A DNA stretch of 64,000 nucleotides from a virus (taxonomy: Duplodnaviria; Heunggongvirae; Uroviricota; Caudoviricetes): IMG/VR virus record IMGVR_UViG_3300022822_000008, one strand, 5' to 3'. The translations under genes and the position numbers were made by a program. This document shows, one piece after another, positions 47,801 to 58,500 of this stretch. Below the pieces are notes generated by a model. The model made no database searches. It had not been told where the DNA came from and worked only from the letters and a program-made list of their open reading frames with translations. Positions within the stretch are counted from its first letter, which is position 1, and every line of letters begins with the position of its first letter.

Positions 47801-49474
47801 ACTATTGATGAAGATGGTAGAATCACGAATGCAGAAAGTGTGTCAGTCGCTGGCGTATCAGATGCCACGTGGGATAGCGCAACTACAAACTTTACAATCG
47901 AGACTGCGGACGGCGGATCGTTTGCAACAGATATAAGTGAGTTCGGAGCAAATACTTCATTCACAAATATATCTGCATCAGGATTAATAAACGGCCGTGA
48001 TGTTGCTGATGATGGTAACAAACTTGATAATATAGAACCTAACGCAACAGAAGACCAAACTGCAGCAGAGATTCTTATCGCAATTAGAGGTGTTGACGGA
48101 CCTGGTTCTGATTTAAATGCTGATTTGCTTGATAGCCAACATGGTGTCTATTATCTTGATTACGATAACTTTGCTAATACACCAAACATATTAGATGCAA
48201 ATAATGTAACTGATATAATTAACAACACTAATATTGACGCAGATTTATTAGATGGTAATGATTCTCCGTTTTATCTTGATTATAATAATTTTACAAATAC
48301 GCCCTCAAGTCAAGATCAACTAACTGCGAATGAAATACTTGACTTATTAGTGACTGTCGATGGTTCTGGTTCCACACTAGATTCTGATTTGCTTGATGGA
48401 TATGAAGGTGATTATTATCTTGATTATAATAATTTTACGAATGCACCGCCTGCAAATACAAGTTCTGATACACCAACTGATATTCTTAATAAGATAAAAC
48501 AAGTTGATGGTATTGGTTCAGGTCTTGATACCGATTTATTCGACGGTAATGATTCTCCATTTTACCTTGACTATGATAATTTCACCAATACGCCTGATAT
48601 TCTAGATGTAAATGATGTCACAGCAATTATTGCTAATACAAGCATCGATGCAGATTTATTTGACGGAAATGATTCTCCATTTTACCTTGACTATGATAAT
48701 TTCACCAATACGCCTGATATTCTAGATGTAAATGATGTCACAGCAATTATTGCTAATACAAGCATCGATGCTGATTTACTTGATGGTTTCGAAGGTAGTT
48801 ATTACACTGATTATGCTGACGATGCTGCAGAAGAAGTTGCAAATAGCATAAGTGATTCGACCGTAACAATATCTAGCGGTTCTGGAATTTCAGGTGGTGG
48901 ATCATTCACTTTAAATCAAAGTGCGAATTCAACAATAACTTTTGCTCATGCAGACACTTCTTCCGTAACGGACGTTAATACCTCAGGCAAAAGTATAATA
49001 AGCGAGATAACTTTTGATCAATTCGGTCACACTTTATCTACATCAACACGAGTACTTGATTTCTTAACTACTGCCGAAGCGGACGCTGCTTTTGTTAATG
49101 TCACTGGCGATACAATAACTGGAGACTTAGAAGTTCAAGGTTTAATAAGTCAAAGTGAATCTGCATTTAGTTCTGACTTATCAACTTCAGCTACTGTACT
49201 TGATGTTGATTTGTTTAGTTTTCCTTCTGCAATTTATAGTTCAGCAGAAATTATTATCACCGCACAGCAAGGTATAAATAAACACATAACAAAGTTGCTT
49301 ATTGTTCATGATGAAACAACTGCTTATGCAACTGAATTTGGAACCGTCTATACAAATATAAATTTGGCGGATTATGATGTTAGATTAGATACTGGTAATG
49401 TTATCGTTTTTGCTACACCCGCAAACGGCTCAACAATTAATTATAAGATTATCTCTACCTTAATTTCTAACTAA
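44822..49474 (+). CDS. Tail-fibre-like structural protein with DADLLDG..YYLDY.NF.NTP repeats
   Basis: P.G...ERP....G.IRFNT....FEGY, HANTS modules, G.YGS...VP..T.D..GR.T, about 8 DADLLD repeats. Confidence 0.8.
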   Translation: MSDDIIIRDPNVIHVDVPTIRGIKVNVGSSTQIRSVPLQETNRSIVAPGEQKPTIVPDSVVLGIDTIGHYVETLNVGDGLILSGNNATESANLTISHANTSTEISTSNDIFGVLGNVSIDKFGHVTEFENRQFDTDNFTANSTIISTQDFTFGTTSLTLGESSANIEGLVFVETNILNADYINLSNGISSANNNLIITSDIVTMNGSGALIVPSGDVTERPSLLIEGMIRFNTTDQRFEGYNAIDWTGLGGVSDVNQDTFIRAENPSGSNNDELEFFTNGVRRLLIGSNGDMSFGSLSSNLYLYYNTGQVNVNGFLTVNEIKLQDDQISANNNLQLNAVNDFSITSNGFSSIASDGDFTLLADGEILIYSDVINIESGGPLTFTANGSIILDGDGISASSSTISDVLNPVLPQDAVTLDYLENIFTFEIDVEYGANTKPLTLSSASNPKIFAGTGINADVANNTLNLSINDTGVTPDIYGNDGFVPRIRIGSDGRVTFATEVPIELQANAIVDFTETLYDLVGEMFVGNIEEGIHVFESDALNTINLRVDNFSVDLTGDIEGSATVVRASNTTIETAITVDYLESISAGLGVNVDFTSGIASTAEISHANTSDVANTSNSSGEVVSNLTFDEFGHVINTTTEDLNSLFLGLGGGTLTGDLLAPRFVDSNNTAYYMDPAGASRINSLVLGFNNDFARLEMRDGIATTSVMFSQNGRIGFLGSDFNFASYSERATNNWVVRNDVKASRFVDRNDENYFINPAGTDSILSGLNVENFITVGNDLSFANNTISASTIIFDSNNDIIDAGGSRILNVLTPTQNTNAANKLYVDDAITSTVNNFTGGNGLSYDANTTTFDVNVDGTSIEIVNDILSVIDGPGSNLNADLLDSQHGIYYLNYDNFANTPNILDANNVTDIITSTSIDADLLNGENGSFYLDFNNLTNVPAVDSTEINATLTGKVTGSGVSANNVLTITTELENTGVTSGIYGSASQVPIITIDEDGRITNAESVSVAGVSDATWDSATTNFTIETADGGSFATDISEFGANTSFTNISASGLINGRDVADDGNKLDNIEPNATEDQTAAEILIAIRGVDGPGSDLNADLLDSQHGVYYLDYDNFANTPNILDANNVTDIINNTNIDADLLDGNDSPFYLDYNNFTNTPSSQDQLTANEILDLLVTVDGSGSTLDSDLLDGYEGDYYLDYNNFTNAPPANTSSDTPTDILNKIKQVDGIGSGLDTDLFDGNDSPFYLDYDNFTNTPDILDVNDVTAIIANTSIDADLFDGNDSPFYLDYDNFTNTPDILDVNDVTAIIANTSIDADLLDGFEGSYYTDYADDAAEEVANSISDSTVTISSGSGISGGGSFTLNQSANSTITFAHADTSSVTDVNTSGKSIISEITFDQFGHTLSTSTRVLDFLTTAEADAAFVNVTGDTITGDLEVQGLISQSESAFSSDLSTSATVLDVDLFSFPSAIYSSAEIIITAQQGINKHITKLLIVHDETTAYATEFGTVYTNINLADYDVRLDTGNVIVFATPANGSTINYKIISTLISN
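48533..48771 (+). repeat. Near-perfect 120-bp (40-codon) tandem duplication
   Basis: 48548-48651 is identical to 48668-48771. Confidence 0.92.
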
Positions 49475-49512
49475 GAATTTTAAAATATGCCTGACTGGGG
49501 AGAGTGAACCGA

Positions 49513-52500
49513 ATGGCGAATAATAAAAAATTCATTGTTAAGAATGGCCTGATTACACCAGAGAGTGTGATAGCTGGTACAGAACTTGACAACGGAACTG
49601 ATACATTACAAATATCAGGAAGCTCAACACTTCTTGGTGAAGTCAATATAGCAAGCATTATACCAGGTATACCTACGCTTGATGTAGTAAACACTGGTGC
49701 TACCGATGCTATAGTTGCTCGCTTTAGAGGTGAAAGTGCTTCATTAGAAATAAAAAACCTAAGCGAAGGTGATTATTCACTTTTAAATACCGGACAAGAC
49801 AACGGGATTGTGTTTTATGATGACACAACAGGCCTTGAACTGGTATACGGCAATTCAGCTAGATTATCAATAAATTCCACCGGCAATAATTTCACAGGCA
49901 ATTCAACCATTGACGGCAATAGAATCCTCACAACTGCTGACGAAGGATCTGGTAACGGTCTTGATGCAGACACTATTGACGGGATTGATAGCAGTCAATT
50001 TTTACGTAATGACCAAGACGGGACTCTAGACGGCAATTTTGTCGTTACAGGTGATTTTACCGTAAATGGTACTACAACAACCGTTAACACAGAAACTGTT
50101 CTCATTGCTGATAATATAATCACACTCAATAGCGATGAAACAGGAACGCCTAGTCAAAATTCAGGTATAGAAATAGAACGTGGAACCTCTGCCAATGTAT
50201 CTCTCATATGGAATGAGACTTCAGATCATTGGGAGATCTCAGGTACTGGTCGTATAATCACAACAGCTGATGAAGGTTCTGGAAATGGATTTGATGCAGA
50301 TACAGTTGACGGTATTGAAGCTTCACAATTCTTAAGATCAGATCAAAATGATACCACGACAGGAAGCTTGACAGTCGAAGGTGATTTGATTGTAGGTGAC
50401 GATGTTGGCAGCGCAAATATAAACTTCAATAACGCAGGTCAAAATAGACAAATATCTTCGCAAAATTCTGATATAGGATTTTTAATGCCCAATTTCAACT
50501 TTGGTGCTTTTTCAACAGCGTCTGGAGATTGGGTAGTTGCTCGTGACAATATAAGTACCGCAAATACAGTATCGCAAGCTGACATTATAGCATGGAATGA
50601 TATTTCTGCTAATAATAACATATCATCAGGCAATGACATTTCAGCAACAAATAATATATCTGCTGGTCAAGATATACAAGCTACAAATAACGTTACAGCT
50701 GGAAATGATGTAATTGCTACAGGTGACGTTACAGGAGAAAACTTATCTTCTACTAATGACATTAACGCTGGAAATGATATAACAGCAACTGGTGATGTTA
50801 CAGGAGAAAATTTATTTGCAGTAAATGATGCCACGGTAGGCGGGACACTTTTTGCTAACGATATAGTAACCGAAGAAGATATTACTGCAAACAACATATT
50901 CGCCAGCAGATTTGTTGATTCGGATGACATTTCATTCTATGGTGATTTCGCAGGCATCTCACAATTCAATGGTGTTGATATTCAAGGAAGAATTAGAAGT
51001 ATAGATGACTTGAATACGTATCTTGAATTTCCTTCTGCGGACACATTTGAAGTTACTACAAATGGCATAACAAGATTAACAGTTAATAATATAAGTATAG
51101 AATCTGATGTCAATATGGTCGCACCAAGATTTGTCGATGGAAACAACTCGACTTATTATGGAGACTTTGCTGGTACTTCAATAGTCAATGATATTAACCT
51201 TGATGGCCAAATTAGCTCTGTAGGCGATCCTAATACTTACATAGAATTCAATTCGTCTGATACATTCAGAATAGTCACTGGTGCTAGCGCAAGACTTACA
51301 GTCAATAATGTAAGTGTAGTTTCTAGTGTAGATGTTTTTGCTCCTATCTATTATGACAATAATGATACTTCATTTTATGGTAATTTCGCTGAAACATCAG
51401 TAATGAATATCATTAATGCTAATACTTTAAACGTAGATGATATTAATCTTGGTAATAGAATTACAAGTGAAGGTGATGCTAACACTTATCTCGAATTTGA
51501 CAGTGAGGATTCATTCAGAATAGTCACTGGTGCTAGTGCAAGGCTGACTGTTGATAATAATTCAGTACGTTCATCTGTCGATATATTCGCTCCAAGATTT
51601 TTAGATTCTGAAGATAACTCATACTTGGTAGATCCTTCTGGATTATCAATTATGGACAGCTTAAATATTGATGATAAAATATATCATAACGGTGATGTAA
51701 CTACTTATCTTGATTTTGCAACTACTGAATCTTTCGATTTTGTTACTGCGGGAGTTTCAAAATTAACAATAAACAATTCAAACGTGACTTCTACCGTTGA
51801 TGTAATTGCTCCTAGATTTGTTGACTCAGCTGACAGCACTTATTTCTTAGACCCATTCAGCACTTCAGTGTTGAACAGAATAAATTTAGTAGGCGCGATT
51901 AGAAATAGCGGTGATGCAGATACTCTAATACAATTCCCAACTACAGGTCAAATAGGATTTAATACGAATGGAACCAACAGATTATTAATTGAAGATTCTA
52001 TAATATCTTCATCAGTTGATTTACACTCAACAAGATTTGTTGATTTAAACAACACAGCATACTATGCAGATTTTGGAAATGCAACTACTTCAATATCAGC
52101 ACTAGGTAAAGTAGTAATTGGTGCTGGTGATGAAATAAGAAGAGATGATAACACTGGAAATGGAGGCGTGACGATAGCAAGCTTTGCTAGTGAAAATGCC
52201 ACGAACAATCCTTTCTTGTCTGTCAGTGGCGGCAACGGCTCACGTTCGCTAGCATACCTTAATAGAATAGACATAGGAACAAATCCTTCTCTCGCAAGCA
52301 ATCGTTATATGGAATTTATTAATGATGGCATTAACTCTGTAAGTTTCTCTGGTGATCAATTTAACAACTTCTACACAGTAATGGATTCTGGTGATTATGG
52401 AATCTACAACTCTGGATTTGACGCATTACTTGTGGTCCAGAATGATGGAACTATTGTTGTAGGTGATTCAAGCGCGCTTTATTCGATAAGTGATGCTACT

Positions 52501-55500
52501 CCTATAGTAGGCACAAACACAAATAATATACTTAATGTGAATGGCAGCATTCAGCTGAATGATAATAATGATGCTATTGTATTTGGACGAGGCACCTCTT
52601 CTTTCCTTAAACACAACGAGCTTAGTTTTGGATTAGGTGGCGGTCTGCATATGACCGAATCTGGTACCTTAAGAATAAGCAATGATGTTAAGTTACGCAC
52701 CACTGTCGATATTGAGGCAGCTAGATTTGTTGATGTAAACGACGGGTCTTTTCTTATTGACCCAGCTGGAACTTCAAGAGTAAATCTAATTGACCTGGCA
52801 GGAAGAATTCGCCACGATGGAGATACTGATACTGATATACGTTTTGGTGCTGATAGATTTTCTGTAGTAACAGGCGGTTCTGAAAGGTTAATAGTTGAAA
52901 ATTCTCTAGTTACGTCTACCGTAGAATTAAGAGCACCACAACTTGTCGATAGAGATGATACTGCATTTTTCGTAAATCCTAGTGGCGCATCTAACTTTAG
53001 AAACTTGAATGTTCTTAGCGGAGATGCGACTGCACAGCTGAGCGTAGGAAGAGACTCAGGTCAAAAAATACAACTTCTGGTTGAGGATGGCCCAGGTTAT
53101 CTTAGATATATTCAAGATGAAGGTGGCAACTTTAACCATTCATTCAACTTCGAAATCGTATCACCAGCTAACCAAGAAAGTTCTTCATTCAACTTTAACA
53201 GAACAATTAACGTTGTTGGCGATTTCAATACGGACGGTGATGTTTCTACTGAAGGTTCTATAACCGCAGATGAATTTATAGACGGCAATGTTGCTGGTTA
53301 CTCTATTATTCCTTCTGATGTTTCTAGATTCAATATTATAAATCTCGATGATCAAATCAGACATCAAGGTGATGAAGATACTTATCTGCAATTCAATACA
53401 GCAAATAGCTGGAGAGTCGTCACAGGTGGTTCGCAAAGATTAGTAATAACGAATACTTCTGCTACATTCGCAAATGATATAATTGGCCCGATATTTAGAG
53501 ATTCTTCAGATCCTAATAACAGATATGTAAATCCAGGTAACGATACTCAGATAAATCAATTGATTGCATTTGGCAGTTCTAGTTTCAGAAGTGTAGGTAC
53601 ACCTTTAAGAGTATACAGCACTGGAACTGGAAATACAAATTCAAACACAGGCATAGGTCTTGAGGCGTATGCACCTGACTTAGGAACTTCTACTACAGGC
53701 GCGGGTATATCATTCCATAGAGCAGGTTCTTATGCTATTAATATGGGACTTGATTCTGATAATGTATTCAGAATCGGAGGATGGAGCGCTCCTGATAATT
53801 TACTAGTAATAAACACAAGCGGTGCTGTTACTGCGTTGGATTCTTTAAATGCTCCAGTGTTTCAGGACAGTCAAGATACTTCATATTTTGTAGATCCCAA
53901 CGGTTCGTCTTTATTGGCAACATTAAGAGTTGTCAATCAAATAGGTGTAGGTTCTGAAACTACTACATTCATTGCACCTCCTACTGGAAGTTACGGTTCG
54001 ATTAAAGTTGAAGGTGAGAGTAATGGATGGGCTGGATATGCTATTAGAGACAATTGGATCTTTATGGCAAATGGTGCGGAAAGAGCAGGCATCTATAATG
54101 ACACTGACAACGAATGGTCATTACAGATATACAGAAATGGTGGAGTTGACCTTTATCATAATGGCACAGTTGAATTTCAAACTGCAGGCGGATACGCTCA
54201 AGCATCAACAGCACTTCGCGCTCCAATTTTCCAAGATACAAGCAGCACCTCAAGATTCCTAAGTCCAAATGCTGGAAACGGTAATGTGGCACTTAGCATA
54301 ACTGGCGAAATAGAAAGAGTTGGATTTGCAACAGGTGCTGGTTCTGATAATTATATATTGAAATCCGAAGACAGAAATCAATGGATATGGGCTTCAGGAG
54401 GATCTTATAATTGGGGAATATTCTGGGCGTCTGAAAATAATCCTGCATATAGTCATTTTGGCGGTACAAATCCGGATGAATTGGTTTTCGTCGGAGGTGG
54501 CACTACAAGATCCTCAATTGATCTTAGTAATGGTGATGCTTGGTTCGATGGAAATCTTACTGCATCATCGGTTTCTTTGGACGCTGGTGATGGTGAAGCA
54601 ATATTATTTAATCCAGCATATGGTTCAGGTGGTGCTGATCTTGTGTTATTCGATGCAACAACTTATTTCGAATCAAGAACTACACAAGCCAATGCACCAA
54701 ATGAAAACAATCTTACGAATGATAAATCCGAGTATTCAAAGACTACTGAAGGACCTTTCGCTGGTGCGTTTGTATTAAGAACAAATCAATACAGAAATTT
54801 TTACTCTGACTTTATACCAGTAGCGCCTGGTGAAGAATTATACGGCGAAATTTCCATAAAATACATTTCCGGTTCTGGCGGAATTACATATTATGGCGTT
54901 GAAAGGTATGATAGCGAAAGGAGAGCAATTACATCTAATGCGGGAATGACATATTTTGTTACCAGCGGGAGTAACGACACAAATCCGAATTGGGTAACAC
55001 GACGAGGAAGTACAATATTACCTACGACACACACACCATATCAAGGATCTGACGGTGGCGGTGTTTATTATGTAAGAATTCGAGTACTTCTAAACTACAG
55101 TTCTGAAGGTGCGTTGCGCGAATTCGGCGGTATTATGCTGAAACGCCGAAATGCAGAATCAAGTTTAACAGTTGACGACTTGTTAGTAATGGATGACTTA
55201 AACGTTGACGGAGACCTTACAACCTCTGGCACCATTATATCTAATTCAGGTATTAACGCTCCGATATTTAGAGACACTGCTGACACTAACTTTTATGTAG
55301 ATCCAGCGAATACATCGCGTTCTGGTAGATTAAGAGGCGATATATTAATAGGATCTAATTCATCGGGCTACAGCCTGCAAGTTGGCGGTGACGGCCGCGA
55401 ATTTCAAAATAACACGACTACTGGTTCTATTGCAATGACAAGCAATCTCCATATGGACTCAGCTTCTGGAAGAAATACATACATTAACTATTATGATGGT

Positions 55501-58500
55501 GATAGCCTATACATAGGTACAGGTAATGGTAGTTCTCATTCAAGATGGAGAAATGACGGAGCTTTAAACATAGGCAGTGATGCAGTTTCTTCGTATTTCT
55601 TGAATGTTGAAGGTACGGTAAGATCTTCTGGAGATATGAGAGCTCCAAGATACATAGATGATAATGATCCCACTTACTATGTCAACCCAGCAGGCACGTC
55701 TGAACTCAATGAAATATTGGTTGGTGGGCGTTCAATAAGACTTAGTAGAATGTCTGGCGGTAGAGGCTCGCTAAACATCAATGGTGGCCAAGTTGGCAGT
55801 TATGAAGGTTATGTCATTAATAACAGAGTAAGCTTTTTACACAATAATGGGACTGTTGCAGGTCTTTATAATGATGTTAATAATCAATGGTTATTATATG
55901 CTGATTTTAATTCTAGATTGCGCTTGTTTTATGCTGGCGTTCAACAGGCTAGTACTGAATCAGGTTATTTTCTTGCACAAAATCAAATGAGAGCTCCAAT
56001 TTATTATGACAGTGATGATACTCAGTATCAGGTGAACCCTAATTCAACTTCACAATTAAATGACGTTAGAGCTAATATATTTAGAGATAGAGCTGATGCT
56101 AACTTTTACCTTAACGCAACATCTAGTCAATGGCAGGTAAACACACCTAGCGGATATGTTCGAATTGGACCTGCAAACAGTGGTTTTACTCATTACAATA
56201 CAGATAGACCACTTCATTATTTTGGTCAACCTGTACAAGTTAATGGTGATATAAAAATATACCAGTCGTTAGCTAGAATGTCCGGCGACCAGATGTACGC
56301 AACAAGATTCAATGATGCAAATAACACTTCATATTATATAGACCCAGACTCAACTTCAGTATTGAACACTCTAGATCTTAGAGGTAGATTGCTTGTTGCT
56401 GACGTGGAAAATTACGATGCTACTACAGTAAATGCGTTAACAGATGCTCCTATATCTACAAGAAATATTGATTATCGAATAGGTACTACAGATACCTTCT
56501 TGCCACTTACTTATCAGACTGCTAGGAATCAAAGTGGTTATAGGACTCATCTAAGCACTGGTTTACTTAAAAATGCAGGAAATAGTTGGAACGAAAATGG
56601 TTGGTTTATGGCAATCGGAGGTAGTGATTCATCCCCAACTGAATATATGACGCTTGAATATGGTGGATTCATCAACAGCTCACTAGGACAGGTAAGAACA
56701 AGTAGTTCATTCGACGCAAATCAATTTAGGGATTTGAACAATACTTTATTTTATCTAGACCCGGCTTCGTCTTCTAACTTATTTGAGGTTAATGTTGGTC
56801 GTCTTGAGGTTAACAATTCAGGTGGCGATTCTGTGCTTAAGTTCGGACCTGGTTTGCCAGCGAATGATGACGCTCATATTGAGTGGAAAGGTTCTTCTAA
56901 TGCTGGTTATTTAAGATTCTCTACTTCTGATGATAACGGTTCAGAATACATGCAGTTTGGTGATTATGATAATACAAACAGAGGCGGAACATTCACAGAA
57001 TGGGCTAAAATGGACAGAAATCTATTTTATCACACATCTGATATTCGCGCACCTGTTTTCTATGATCTTGATAATACTGGGTTTTACACAAATGCAGCAT
57101 CTACTTCTAATATGAACATAGTTAATGCTAATGAATTCTATGCCAATAATTGGTTTAGGAACATAAACAACGGCGAAGGTATGTTGAACGAGCAAAATAA
57201 TACTAGATTCTATTCAGATGGTACGAGTAGATATACTATGTGGTCGGCCACAAACAGCTCTCAAATATTATTTAGATCAAACAGCGGAACACCGCGCGGT
57301 TGGGTTAACGCAACAAGTAATAATGATGTTGGATTTTTAAATGATTCTGGCGCTTGGCGCGCCAGAATTGTAGGTGGCGATTACATGCAATTCGATGGTT
57401 CAAGTATTCGGGCCCGACGCCTTTATGATCTTGATAATACTACCTATTATGTAGATCCAGCAAGCGTTTCAACAATGAATACTATTGACCTCGAAGGAAC
57501 AATAAGACATGATGGAGATGCTAATACATATATTCAGTTTCATGAACAAGATCAATTTAGAGTGGTCACTGGCGGGGTTCAACAATTAGAAGTAAATAAT
57601 AATAGAGTGACGGCAAATAATATAATGGTTGCAGGAAGTTTTGAAACATCAGGTGCATTGACTGTAGGAATCGGTGCAACAAGTTCAAATATTTACATGA
57701 GAGATACAGATAATACTGACCGAAGAATACACTGCAATTCTAGTCGTATTGGCTTCCTGAGTTCTTCGGACAATTGGGGTTCGTATTCAACTAATGGGGG
57801 TGATTGGTTTTCAGATCAATCAGTTCGTTCTCCTATATTTTACGATAGTAATAATACAGGATTTAGAGTTGACCCAACTGGCACTACTGTTCTCAGTGCT
57901 GCAACCTTTTCAGGAAATACTACATTCAGTGGTGGTGCTCCACTACGTGTTAATAGTACTGGTACAGGTAACGTAAGCACAAACGGCCAAATAGGCCTTG
58001 AAATATATGGAGCTTCTGGTGGTGGCGGCGCGGGTATGTCATTCCATAGAGGCGGTTCATTCGCAATTAACATGGGACTTGATTCTAATAACGTCTTCAA
58101 ACTTGGAGGTTGGTCTGCTAACGATAATTTAATGACTATTAATACGAGTGGTAGTATGTCTGTAATTGGAGACTTCAGAGCTCCAATATTTTATGACAGC
58201 AATAACACTGGTTTCAGACTTGATCCAAATGGAACTTCTAACTTAGAAACTGTAGATGTAACTACTTTAAATACGTCTGGTCTGATAACAATGGAAAGAG
58301 CTACCTCCACTGTCCTGCGACTTAGAAATACTGTAAATGCTGGTAAAGTTACAATCCAAATGACTGATAACCAATTCGGCGGACAATCAGGTAATTTTTC
58401 ATATGTACACTCCGACAGTGCTAGTTTCGGCGGGAGTGCTGCATTCTTATTTGAAGGAAATCAACCTACTACTAACTTGGTTTGTAACGGCGGAAATATT

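Noticed and set aside
53698-58120. Duplicated fibre module as a DGR template/variable-repeat pair or shufflon
   Set aside because: Both copies are in-frame coding, differences are not adenine-specific, and no reverse transcriptase or invertase is in the window
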